This document shows positions 27,527 to 36,775 of a DNA stretch of 64,000 bases, in pieces (position 1 is the first letter of the stretch; each line of letters opens with the position of its first letter). Origin of the DNA: an uncultured Actinomycetota bacterium (GTDB lineage: Bacteria; Actinomycetota; Actinomycetes; Propionibacteriales; Propionibacteriaceae); assembly GCA_963831315.1 (NCBI GenBank), contig CAWHQB010000036.1, positions 39,639-103,638 of the forward strand. The letters run 5' to 3'. Position numbers and translations under genes: made by a program. The notes beneath the pieces were generated by a model. That model saw only the letters and a program-made list of their open reading frames with translations. It did not search any database and was not told the origin of the DNA.

Positions 27527-27590
27527 AACCAGTCGACAGTGGAGAAGAAGCACGTCAACGCGATCTTCAGCAAGCTGGGCATCTCGGCTG
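27527..27590 (+). pseudogene. remnant of a LuxR/NarL-type response-regulator HTH
   Basis: In-frame NQSTVEKKHVNAIFSKLGIS resembles the recognition helix (TVEKHVNAIFSKLGL) of NarL/FixJ-type regulators. A TAA stop lies immediately upstream, and neither receiver domain nor first HTH helix is present. Confidence 0.4.
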
Positions 27591-27815
27591 TGCGCCCGTC
27601 GCCTCCGCGTCGTCGCTGTACTCGCATTCCTGGAGAATTCTCCGGCGCCCGACCGGCTTGACCGCAGCGCATGAATGGGTGGTCCACGTGAGCAGGGGAG
27701 AGCCTGCTGCAAAGAGCCGAAGCGCGTACCACGCCGGGGGTCTTGACAGCGGGATACTGACGGCATCATTATACCAATAGTATTTCAACTCTCTAGGTAT
27801 GCGGATGGTGATGGT

Positions 27816-28478
27816 ATGCCAGTGCGGCTGTCCCGGGTGGAGCGACGCGAGAAGACCCGCCAAGACCTCCTGACCGCGGCCGAGGCATGCTTCGTCACGC
27901 GCGGCTTTCACGCCACGTCGGTGGACGAGGTCGCCGAGCAGGCGGGCTACACCAAGGGCGCGGTCTACTCCAACTTCGCCTCCAAGGAGGACCTGTTTTT
28001 CGGGGTCTACCAGCGACGGGTCGATCACGTGCTCACCGTGGTGGTACCAGGCCTGCGCGAAGCCGGGCCAGAACGCGCGTTCGACTCGTTCGCCACGGGC
28101 ACAATCCAGCGGCGCGACCGTGACGACGGCTGGCTGGCGGTCTTCTTCGAGTTCTGGGCGCACGTGCTTCGGCATCCCGAGCTCCGCGACCGCTTCGCCG
28201 CCATCCATACCCGCATCCTGGAGCAGCTGACAGACGGGGTGCGGCTGCTCGCCGACGAACGCGGGCGCGCCCTTCCCAGCGACATGACCGCTTTCCAGGT
28301 GGTCCTGGCTTGGAACGCGATGGAGGTCGGACTGGGCTTGGAGCGGTTGACCCAGCCGCAGGACGTGGACGTGGAGCTCGCTCGCCGGATGGGCTGGCTG
28401 CTACTCGACGCGGTCTTGGGCGGCGCGCCACCAGCCGCCAGCAAAGACGGCAAACAGCAGGATCGGAGTACCCGATGA
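27816..28478 (+). CDS. TetR-family transcriptional regulator
   Basis: HTH FHATSVDEVAEQAGYTKGAVYSNFASKEDLF. Confidence 0.85.
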   Translation: MPVRLSRVERREKTRQDLLTAAEACFVTRGFHATSVDEVAEQAGYTKGAVYSNFASKEDLFFGVYQRRVDHVLTVVVPGLREAGPERAFDSFATGTIQRRDRDDGWLAVFFEFWAHVLRHPELRDRFAAIHTRILEQLTDGVRLLADERGRALPSDMTAFQVVLAWNAMEVGLGLERLTQPQDVDVELARRMGWLLLDAVLGGAPPAASKDGKQQDRSTR

Positions 28479-29917
28479 ACACCACCCAGATTCGTTATCA
28501 GCGGCGACACGCGGCCGATCTGGCAGCAGCCCTGCGGCTAGCGCGCGCCCAGACGAGCCGCGAGCAGGGGCCGCGGGCGGAACTCGCCCGCCACCAGCAA
28601 CAACGTCTGGATGTGGTCGTACGCCACGCCGCCACCCACTCGCCGTTCTATCGTCGATACTTCGCCGAGACAGGCGCTCCGGCTGAGGGCCCAGTCCAAC
28701 TGACCCGCCTACCCGTGCTCGACAAATCTCTCCTCATGGAGCACTTCGATGAGCTCGTCTGTGACCCTCGCCTACGTCGCGACGAGCTGCTGGACTGGGT
28801 CGGGCGGATCACCCGCGACCAGCTCTACCTCGACCGCTACCGAGTGATGCTGACGAGCGGGTCCTCCGGCCGGCCGGGCCTGTTCGTCTACGACGCCGCC
28901 GGCTGGCGATCGATCGCGACCGGGCTCCTGCGCGGCACTACCTGGGCGGGCCTGCGGCCCACGCTGCCACGCCAGCGGATGGCCTTCGTCGGCGCCGCCA
29001 GCCCCTCCCACATCGGCCGTCAAGCAGCCACCATAGGGATCGGCGTGCACCGCGTCCTCGCCGTACCCATCACGCTGCCGCTCCCACGTATAGTGCAGGC
29101 GCTCAACCAGTTCCAGCCCACCTATCTCCAGGCTTATCCATCCGCCGCCATGTGGCTGGTCGACGAGCAGCACGCCGGCCGGCTGCGGGTGTTGCCACGG
29201 ATGCTGCTCACTTACGCGGAGTTACGCACCCCCGAGATGACCCGTCGGCTGCAGGAAGCGTTCGAGGTGCGCCCCTTCAACTTGTACGGCTCCACCGAGG
29301 GTCTGTTCGGATCGGAGTGCGAACACCACCAGGGCATCCACCTGTTCGAGGACACCACCCTCGTCGAGAACGTCGACGCCGACGGGCAGCCGGTGCCACC
29401 TGGTCAGCCCGGCGCCCGGCTGCTGGTCACCAATCTGTACAACCTGGTCCAGCCGCTGCTCCGACTCGAGGTGACCGACGTCGTCACCATCGACCCGGAC
29501 CCCTGCCCCTGCGGACGCATTCTCGCCCGGATGAAGACCATCTACGGCCGTAGCGACGACGTCCTCTCCCTCTGCGCCCGCGACGGCGGTCAGGTCGCCG
29601 TCCACCCCCTGCACTTCGCACTGCTCACCCGCGACCCGCAGGTCCGCGAATTCCAGGTCATCCAAGACGGCCCGCTCCTGCGCGTACTCGTGGTTCCCCG
29701 ACAGCCATCCAGCCCGCTCGTCGCAAGCGGCGACGAAAGCCTCGAGACGCGTCTCAGCCACACCATTGTCCAACAACTCCTCGAACTCGGTGTCCTGCAC
29801 CCGCAGGTCGCGGTCGAGCGCCGTGACGAGCTGGTCCGCACGGCTGGCGGGAAGCTCAAGCTTGTGATCGCCGACCCCGCTCGCCGGCCGGGCAAGGTAG
29901 CCCCTCTAACTCGCTGA
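28475..29917 (+). CDS. PaaK / coenzyme-F390-synthetase-type adenylate-forming enzyme
   Basis: LTSGSSGRPG, YGSTEG and GRSDDVL core motifs. ATG 28475 overlaps the TetR stop (ATGA). The longer track ORF from 28310 is an out-of-frame overlap with TetR. Confidence 0.75.
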   Translation: MNTTQIRYQRRHAADLAAALRLARAQTSREQGPRAELARHQQQRLDVVVRHAATHSPFYRRYFAETGAPAEGPVQLTRLPVLDKSLLMEHFDELVCDPRLRRDELLDWVGRITRDQLYLDRYRVMLTSGSSGRPGLFVYDAAGWRSIATGLLRGTTWAGLRPTLPRQRMAFVGAASPSHIGRQAATIGIGVHRVLAVPITLPLPRIVQALNQFQPTYLQAYPSAAMWLVDEQHAGRLRVLPRMLLTYAELRTPEMTRRLQEAFEVRPFNLYGSTEGLFGSECEHHQGIHLFEDTTLVENVDADGQPVPPGQPGARLLVTNLYNLVQPLLRLEVTDVVTIDPDPCPCGRILARMKTIYGRSDDVLSLCARDGGQVAVHPLHFALLTRDPQVREFQVIQDGPLLRVLVVPRQPSSPLVASGDESLETRLSHTIVQQLLELGVLHPQVAVERRDELVRTAGGKLKLVIADPARRPGKVAPLTR

Positions 29918-30008
29918 ACCGACAAGCCGGGTTACGCGCCCGAGAAACCGCACGATATCGCCCGGCAAAGATGACTCGTGAACAGAGCGGGTCCCCTAGT
30001 CTCATCAC

Positions 30009-31148
30009 ATGAGCTCGCAGATCGACGTCAGCTACCGTCCGGCGTTCCCCCGCGGGCTGATCATCCTCCTCGGAATCGCCGCCGCGCTCGTCGTGGCCCT
30101 CGGTATGAGGGAGTTCGCCAACATTCTCGGTCCGGTGTTCTTGGCGCTAGTGCTCTCAATCGCCGTCCACCCGATACACCGCCTGGCCGCCCGCCTCCAC
30201 CTGCCGGCCTGGCTGGGAATGATCCTGAGCCTGATCGCGGTCTACCTGATCGTCTTCGGGCTGTTTGCGATTCTGGTCGTCGCCGGCATCCAGTTCGCGT
30301 CCCTGCTGCAGAGCTATGGCCCACAATTCCAGGCCTTCTTGCAGGACGCCAGTCAAGCCCTCCAGTCAGTCGGTGTCAGCCAGGAGAAGCTCCAAGAATT
30401 TGTGAACGACCTCAGCCCAAGCAGACTAGTTGGGGTTGCGAGCAGCCTGCTCGGCGGGCTCGCCGGCGTATTGAGCGACATCTTCTTTCTCATCGTGCTG
30501 CTGTTCTTCACAGTTGTCGACGCGGGAGACTTCGCCTCGAAGCTGAAACGCGTCCCAGTGCACGGTCAACGGCTCGCCAATGTATTTGACCGGTTCGCTG
30601 TTGGCTCCCGCCAATATCTCGCGGTAGCAACGGTCTTCGGCCTGATTGTCGCATTCTGCGACTTAATAGCGCTCTGGATTCTCGACATCCGTTATGCCTG
30701 GCTCTGGGCGCTGTTGGCATTTATTACCAACTACATCCCCAATATCGGTTTCATCATCGGGTTGGTGCCACCCACAATAATCGCGCTGCTCGATCACGAC
30801 GTCGTGACCGCGATTATCGTGGTCGCGGTCTACTGCGTATTGAACTTTGTCATCCAAACCATTATCCAACCCCGGGTAATCGGCGTACAAGTCGGGCTAT
30901 CGGCCACGCTAAGCTTCTTATCTTTGATCGTCTGGGCCACGATTCTCGGCGCTTCTGGAGCATTTCTTGCTATTCCGCTGAGCCTGTTGGTTAAGGCCTT
31001 GCTTGTCGATGTCGATCCTGAACAGATATGGGTGTCACCGCTCTTGTCCAGCGAAAAACCTGGCGACGCGTCAGAAGTGGCTCAAGGCAAGGAATCCGAC
31101 GCCGTCGAGCCACCACAGGAACGTGACGCCAAAGCGCCAGGCACTTAG
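30009..31148 (+). CDS. AI-2E family transporter (PerM/UPF0118)
   Basis: 8-TM ORF with the typical ...FITNYIPNIGFIIGLVPP... and GAFLAIPL segments. Confidence 0.8.
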   Translation: MSSQIDVSYRPAFPRGLIILLGIAAALVVALGMREFANILGPVFLALVLSIAVHPIHRLAARLHLPAWLGMILSLIAVYLIVFGLFAILVVAGIQFASLLQSYGPQFQAFLQDASQALQSVGVSQEKLQEFVNDLSPSRLVGVASSLLGGLAGVLSDIFFLIVLLFFTVVDAGDFASKLKRVPVHGQRLANVFDRFAVGSRQYLAVATVFGLIVAFCDLIALWILDIRYAWLWALLAFITNYIPNIGFIIGLVPPTIIALLDHDVVTAIIVVAVYCVLNFVIQTIIQPRVIGVQVGLSATLSFLSLIVWATILGASGAFLAIPLSLLVKALLVDVDPEQIWVSPLLSSEKPGDASEVAQGKESDAVEPPQERDAKAPGT

Positions 31149-31182
31149 AGGACTCCGAGCCGCACTTAGAGGATTCCGAGCC
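31141..31182. repeat. 21-bp tandem duplication spanning two convergent stop codons
   Basis: GCACTTAGAGGACTCCGAGCC (31141-31161) and GCACTTAGAGGATTCCGAGCC (31162-31182) match 20/21. Copy 1 holds the AI-2E TAG (31146-31148). Copy 2 holds the LuxR TAA (complement of 31166-31168). Confidence 0.9.
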
Positions 31183-33685
31183 GCTCCGCCTGGAGCACAG
31201 CCTCACGACGGGTCTGCACGCCGAGTTTGCGGTACGTCGAGCGCAAGTGGGTCTTCAGTGTGTTCCTGGAGATGAACAGAGCGGAGCAGAGCTCGCGCTG
31301 GTCCAGCGGAGTCGGTAGATACTGCAGAATCTCCAATTCACGCTCCGAAAGCGGATCAGTCAACCGAACCCCGGAAACCGGCTGGCCCCGGAGATAGCCA
31401 AGCAGTTCGACCACCTGCTCTCCGTACGCCGTGATCCGACGCCGTTCGGCCTCGAGCACCGGCATGATCGCCGCAGCGATCTCACCGTACGGGCGGCGCC
31501 AGCCATGGAGCTCGGTGCTGTGCAAGGCGAGCCGAAGATAGTGCGAGGCCTGGTCGGGCATCTTCGCACGCAGAGCGAGGCTCGCTGCGCCCAGCAGCAC
31601 TCGCACGCGCAGCGCTTCGGATCGGCCTTGAAGCAATGCCGACTCAACTGGCAAATTGCTCATCAGTCGATCCAGATCTGGGTTGAGTTGGCCCGTCCCA
31701 GAATCCAGCGCGGCGCGCTCCAGGGTCCATGCCCGCAAATACGACTGATTGTGCGTCCCGTCGTCGACATCGTTCGCCGGCGATGAATTCAGTGTCAGAT
31801 GAACCGCTTGTGAGAACTCGCCTGCCGCGAGGTGAGCGTCGATCCGGGCAATTGCCCAGAGGCATCCGGTCGTCCACCATCGCTGGACGTACGGGTTTGT
31901 CACGATCAGTTCATCCAGCATCAAGGCGCAGCCCAGCGAGTCGTTATTCCGGACCAGGCGCATACGCGCATCCGTAATGGTTTCCAGCGCCTGGCTGATC
32001 GGGTGAGGAAACGCAGATCGAGCAGGGCCTGTCTCGAGATCATCAGGTGACGCGGCAGTTTCGCTGCCGAGCTCCATCTCGACCCAGTGTCGCGCTGACG
32101 GAAGAGTTGCCCCTTGACTGAGAGTGCCCGGATCGCTCTCGCGGTCGATAAGTGCATCAGCCCGATCGAGCTGCTGCTGAGCAGAGCGAAGATCCCCGGC
32201 AACGATCGCTTCCCATGTTCGGATCTCGAGTGCTCCAAGTTGCACGGCCGCGTACGTCACGGCACTTGAGGCATTGGACTCGTTGAGCATTGTCGCCGCT
32301 GTCTTTGACGGCCCCTCGAGGAGAAGGCACGCGGCGTGCAATTCATGCCATTTGGACTTCAATGCGTGCGAGGCAGCTGTTGAAGCAGCTGTCGGGTCGT
32401 GGTGAGGATCGACCTCGAGGATCCGTACCGCCAGTTCCGGCTGACCTCTTTCGGCGAACCACCAGGCTCTCAAGAACCGGAGTACTTCGGCCTGCTGCCG
32501 TGTCCGGGGGTGGGGCCTACCATCCAAGATCCCCGACAGCGACGCCATCGCTTGCATCCGGGCACCAGTGCCGAGGCTGATCAAGACCGATGACAGCAAC
32601 ATGCCGAGATCGCCGTCTCGGCGAGAGGCGGGCAGTCGGGCAAATTCTGTGCTGACCCAGGTCCAGTCCCCCGTCGCAAGTGCCACACAGGATCCGGCCA
32701 GAACAGCCTCGCCGAGGGCTTCCCACGACTGGCCTTGTACAGCCAGGGGAGCTGCGCGGATGTGCTCACCTTGCTTGGAGAACCATGCTGCCGCCCGAGC
32801 AGACAGTCGCCGAAGCTCCTCGGGCGAGGATCGCATCAGTTCAGCGAGCAGCAGGGCCCGGAACATGGGGTGATAGCGATAGGGCCACCGGCCCCCGGTG
32901 AGCCGATGGAGAAAACCCGGCTGGTAGCGCACTCTTTCCAGCAACAACGCGGCATCGGAGCGCCCTGTGAGTTCCTGAGCAAGCTCGACGTCGAGGAACT
33001 CGCTCACCGCGGTCTGGAGCATGAACGTACGGACATCGTCAGCTGTATAAGCGAGCGCCTGGCCCATCAGGTAGCTGCCTACCGCGGTATCGCCGTGCAA
33101 CAAGGTAGAGAAGGCATCGTCGGAATGGGCGCCGTGAGACAACGGCGTTGTAGACAGTCTGAGCCCGGCCGGCCAGCCCTCGGTGTGCAACCAGAGCGCA
33201 TGTGTCTGTTCCGGACTGACGACAATGTTGTTCGCGGTCAGGAACAGCCGGGTCTCGTCCTCGTCGAAGGCCAGGTCATCAGCTCTGATTTCCCGCACCT
33301 TGCCTGAGAGCCTGGCCGCGTGGAGCGCAAGGATCGGATCACGGCGCGTTGCGATGACAATGTGTCGCATGTCATCGGCCAGATGCAGCGCGTCCTTCAA
33401 CAGCCAGGTGCTGCGGTTGCCCTCCAGGAGATGCACGTCGTCGATGATCAACGTGACGGCCTGGAGACTCAGGGCATCAGTGATCCGGCGCCACAGCTGC
33501 CAACTATCCGTGGTCTCCACGGGGTCCAGCAGGACTACCGGGCCGCCGGTGTCTGGAGCCCATTGCTGCAAAAGCGTGGTCTTCCCATAGCCTGCGGGGG
33601 CGGACACGAGAGTAATGGGCGAAGCGCTGCTACCGAACGGCAGCAGCCTTCGACGAGTGATCACGCCGTCTTGAGAGATTGCCAT
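31166..33685 (-). CDS. MalT-like P-loop ATPase / LuxR-family regulator
   Basis: SAPAGYGKTTLL Walker A, long helical region, C-terminal LSERELEILQYLPTPLDQRELCSALFISRNTLKTHLRSTYRKLGV. Confidence 0.85.
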   Translation of the reverse strand: MAISQDGVITRRRLLPFGSSASPITLVSAPAGYGKTTLLQQWAPDTGGPVVLLDPVETTDSWQLWRRITDALSLQAVTLIIDDVHLLEGNRSTWLLKDALHLADDMRHIVIATRRDPILALHAARLSGKVREIRADDLAFDEDETRLFLTANNIVVSPEQTHALWLHTEGWPAGLRLSTTPLSHGAHSDDAFSTLLHGDTAVGSYLMGQALAYTADDVRTFMLQTAVSEFLDVELAQELTGRSDAALLLERVRYQPGFLHRLTGGRWPYRYHPMFRALLLAELMRSSPEELRRLSARAAAWFSKQGEHIRAAPLAVQGQSWEALGEAVLAGSCVALATGDWTWVSTEFARLPASRRDGDLGMLLSSVLISLGTGARMQAMASLSGILDGRPHPRTRQQAEVLRFLRAWWFAERGQPELAVRILEVDPHHDPTAASTAASHALKSKWHELHAACLLLEGPSKTAATMLNESNASSAVTYAAVQLGALEIRTWEAIVAGDLRSAQQQLDRADALIDRESDPGTLSQGATLPSARHWVEMELGSETAASPDDLETGPARSAFPHPISQALETITDARMRLVRNNDSLGCALMLDELIVTNPYVQRWWTTGCLWAIARIDAHLAAGEFSQAVHLTLNSSPANDVDDGTHNQSYLRAWTLERAALDSGTGQLNPDLDRLMSNLPVESALLQGRSEALRVRVLLGAASLALRAKMPDQASHYLRLALHSTELHGWRRPYGEIAAAIMPVLEAERRRITAYGEQVVELLGYLRGQPVSGVRLTDPLSERELEILQYLPTPLDQRELCSALFISRNTLKTHLRSTYRKLGVQTRREAVLQAERLGIL

Positions 33686-33763
33686 CCTTCCGCCGGAAGG
33701 CCATTCGCTTGAGCTGTCAGGGGCTCGTTCCCTGATCTTTTGCCGCGGCGATGATCGGCTGCG

Positions 33764-34042
33764 TCAATCCCCCGAAGACGCACCATCCCTCATGTTAGGT
33801 GGGTCGCCACCTCTCGTCCAGCTTGATCTTTGCCGCACTTCCACCAGTTCAACGCCAAGATCTTGCATGGCCTGCAGGGCACCGTGGAGTTCTGCCTGGT
33901 CGCGGAAGACACCAACCAAGATCGTGTCGCTGGTTGTCTGCTCGATGTTCAGGTTCAGAGCCTGCAGCGCCGCAACGAGCGCAGCAGTCAGCTCACCGCG
34001 TACGCGGATCTCATAGGTGAGGCGCCCAGCGCCTCTGGTCAT
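33764..34042 (-). CDS. small 'YEIRV'-motif protein (unknown family)
   Basis: MTRGAGRLTYEIRVRGELTAALVAALQALNLNIEQTTSDTILVGVFRDQAELHGALQAMQDLGVELVEVRQ. Paralogous to 54921-55157 and to both halves of 54237-54621. Start uncertain, with no clear SD. Confidence 0.55.
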   Translation of the reverse strand: MTRGAGRLTYEIRVRGELTAALVAALQALNLNIEQTTSDTILVGVFRDQAELHGALQAMQDLGVELVEVRQRSSWTRGGDPPNMRDGASSGD

Positions 34043-34275
34043 GACCGTGAGGTGGCCGCTTGGCCGACGGTGGCCAGGGCCCAGATAGCAAAGACCGTAA
34101 TGCCGACCGCCCACGGGTTTGCTCTGGAACTCATAGACATGCCGCCCCTCCGCAGGTTGACTCGCGACGCGATAGACCGATAGACGGCACAGTGCTCTTG
34201 ATCGGATGGGTAGGGCATCACTCTTTAGGGGTGATCTTTTCCCAACGCCGACCCGGAGGGGTTAGCGTCATCCTC

Positions 34276-35169
34276 GTGGGCACATTGTCGGACCTGGTCG
34301 AGCTGACCGGGGGAGTCTTCCGGATGGGCTCACAAGACTTCTATCCCGACGAGGGACCGGTCCATGACGAGCATGTCGGGCCGTTCGCGATCGAGCAGCA
34401 CCCCGTCACCAACGCGCAGTTCTCAGAGTTCGTTTCCGAGACGGGCTACCTGACAGTGGCTGAGCGTCCTCTCGATCAGACGCTGTTCCCTGACCTTCCT
34501 GCTGAGGAGCTTGAACCAGGCGCGCTGGCCTTTGCTCCTACACCTGGACCGGTCGACCTGAGCAACTGGCGGCAGTGGTGGCGCTGGTCGGTCGGTGCCG
34601 ACTGGCGGCATCCTTTCGGCCCTGAATCCAGCATCGGGGAGAAGTCCGACCACCCTGTGGTTCAGGTCGCCTATTCCGACGCTGAGGCGTACGCGAACTG
34701 GGCGGGTCGTCGTCTCCCGAGCGAGCCCGAGTGGGAGTACGCCGCCCGAGCGGGCAGCACGTCGACGTACGCCTGGGGCGAGGAGGTCAGGCCAGACGGT
34801 CAGCTGATGGCGAACACCTGGCAGGGGCGGTTCCCGTACCAGAACTCGGGCGCTCACGGCTGGGTTGGCACATCGCCGGTGGGGTCGTTTCCGCCCAATG
34901 GGTTCGGGCTGGTCGACATGGTCGGCAATGTCTGGGAGTGGACGACCACCAGCTATCAGGCGAGGCATACCGTGACATCGCCGTGTTGTGGCCCTGCGGC
35001 TGCGCCCACCCAACAGGTCGCCGATCAGACGACCCGCAAGGCGCTGAAGGGCGGATCACATCTGTGCGCGCCTGAGTACTGCCTGCGCTACCGACCGGCG
35101 GCGCGATCGCCTCAGTCGCTCGACACCTCAACCACGCACATCGGCTTCCGATGCGTCGCGAACTTGTGA
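34276..35169 (+). CDS. formylglycine-generating enzyme (FGE/SUMF1 family), paralogue 1
   Basis: HPVTNAQFSEFVSETGYLTVAE, RLPSEPEWEYAARAG, GNVWEWT, KGGSHLCAPEYCLRYRPAAR. The start is uncertain; GTG 34276 was chosen and the track ORF begins at 34060. Confidence 0.8.
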   Translation: MGTLSDLVELTGGVFRMGSQDFYPDEGPVHDEHVGPFAIEQHPVTNAQFSEFVSETGYLTVAERPLDQTLFPDLPAEELEPGALAFAPTPGPVDLSNWRQWWRWSVGADWRHPFGPESSIGEKSDHPVVQVAYSDAEAYANWAGRRLPSEPEWEYAARAGSTSTYAWGEEVRPDGQLMANTWQGRFPYQNSGAHGWVGTSPVGSFPPNGFGLVDMVGNVWEWTTTSYQARHTVTSPCCGPAAAPTQQVADQTTRKALKGGSHLCAPEYCLRYRPAARSPQSLDTSTTHIGFRCVANL

Positions 35170-36591
35170 GCCTGTGAGCACAGGTTCGGCTGGCGGAACA
35201 GAGTCGCTCACTTCTGCATCAGCAGGAATCTCGGGCTCCACTGTCTCCGGAGCAACCGGACTGGGTGGCCGACCAAGGAACTCGATGATCACCAGCGCAA
35301 CCAGAACCCCCAGCGTTATGCCGATGATCACCCTCCCGGTTGGTTGATCCCAGAAGACCAGCACCAGCGCTGCGATCCCGAGCACAGCGAATCGCAGCAC
35401 GCGCTTGTAGGTGTACACCCAGGCCCCCACCGGCCCAGTGCGGAGTCCGGCTTTTTCAGCACCGCCGCGCAGCCAGGCAATACCTCTGCTCAACCCAGCC
35501 CGAGCCCTGACGGCGGTGATCGAGCGGCCGGTGAAGAAGCCGGCTAGCGCGACGATGAGGCCAAACACCAGCACCGTACGCAGCCCGAGCCGCAGGTACC
35601 GCACCAGCGTGTCGTAGAAAGCGGCCCCGGCCTCATAGGTCAGCACTCCGGCGGGACGGGCATCGAGGTAGAGGGCTCGGAGTACCAAGATTCCGACTCC
35701 CAGCGCCAGCATGCCGGCAGCCAGTCCCAAACCAGCCCCCATCAGTGCGCGGCGATGGTCCTTGGCCACGTACACCCCGAGCGCCAGCACGACGAGTACC
35801 ACCACGGGCGCCCAGTTTCCGATCACGGTGAGCAGACTGAAGGCACCTTGTGCTTTGGTGATCGCATCCGATTGCAAGACCGTGAACGACGGATTGATGT
35901 CAGGAATACGATTCGCAAGGTCGAATCCTCGATCAACCAGCCGCTGTTTGACCACGTCAATGAACGGGCCCAGGTTGATACTCACGGTGCCGTTCGCGAT
36001 CGTGATACCTTCGCCGGTTTGGCCAGTCAGCGCGGCCACAAGTGCGGTATGAGCCGACCGGTTAGCAGTCACCCACGCGTCTGCGAACGCGTCGCTGGCC
36101 ACCACCTTGCCGACTTCGGTATGTACGAAGCTCTGGACTCCATCGGACAACGGCCCGGACAGCGCGTGCAGCTGGTTTGCGACGAGCGGTGGCAACCCGC
36201 GCTCGGCGAGCGCATCCACAGCTTGATTGGTGATTCCTGTTACGTCGAGACGCGCGAAGATCTCTGCGGTGATCTTGTCCGTGACTGCACTCTGGATCGC
36301 CGGATCGCGGGCCAGCGGTGCCACAGTTGTTACGTAACGATCGGTATTAGTGAGCAGGTTCTTTGACCAAACGGCCACCCCAGCGAGCGGTGCGAGTATG
36401 CATGCGATCACGATCAGCAAGGTGGCCACGACTGAGCGCCACCGCTGCCGCCGCGGTCGCGAGGGCGGGATGACGACTTGCTCGGTCGCCTCCGGCGCGG
36501 TGGCGACTTGCGTGCGCAGGTCGGCTACCTCGGCACGAAGCCGCGCGAGCTCGGCCCGCTCGTCCACACTCAGCGCAGCATCCTCCGTCAC
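35128..36591 (-). CDS. hypothetical integral membrane protein with N-terminal coiled-coil
   Basis: ERAELARLRAEVADLRTQVA, then a TM helix, a large extracytoplasmic-looking region, and several C-terminal TM helices. The start is probably GTG 36591. Confidence 0.6.
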   Translation of the reverse strand: MTEDAALSVDERAELARLRAEVADLRTQVATAPEATEQVVIPPSRPRRQRWRSVVATLLIVIACILAPLAGVAVWSKNLLTNTDRYVTTVAPLARDPAIQSAVTDKITAEIFARLDVTGITNQAVDALAERGLPPLVANQLHALSGPLSDGVQSFVHTEVGKVVASDAFADAWVTANRSAHTALVAALTGQTGEGITIANGTVSINLGPFIDVVKQRLVDRGFDLANRIPDINPSFTVLQSDAITKAQGAFSLLTVIGNWAPVVVLVVLALGVYVAKDHRRALMGAGLGLAAGMLALGVGILVLRALYLDARPAGVLTYEAGAAFYDTLVRYLRLGLRTVLVFGLIVALAGFFTGRSITAVRARAGLSRGIAWLRGGAEKAGLRTGPVGAWVYTYKRVLRFAVLGIAALVLVFWDQPTGRVIIGITLGVLVALVIIEFLGRPPSPVAPETVEPEIPADAEVSDSVPPAEPVLTGSQVRDASEADVRG

Positions 36592-36775
36592 TGCGCTACC
36601 GCCCTTCTCGCCGCCACGTTGGCAACATCTCCCATCTCGATAGCTACGGTCATCACCCATGGCGGGTGAATCTGACCATGACCGTCTCTCCCAGCAACTG
36701 GTCGGAAACAGCAGCTCTTGATCGATTCAGCTGTGTGGTATTTGACCACTTTCGGGAGGAAGAAACGCCGAGTGG

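Noticed and set aside
28310-28474. An N-terminal 55-codon extension of the adenylating-enzyme ORF that overlaps the TetR gene.
   Set aside because: The extension is Arg/Gly-rich and read out of frame from TetR. ATG 28475 with ATGA coupling gives a normal PaaK-like N-terminus.
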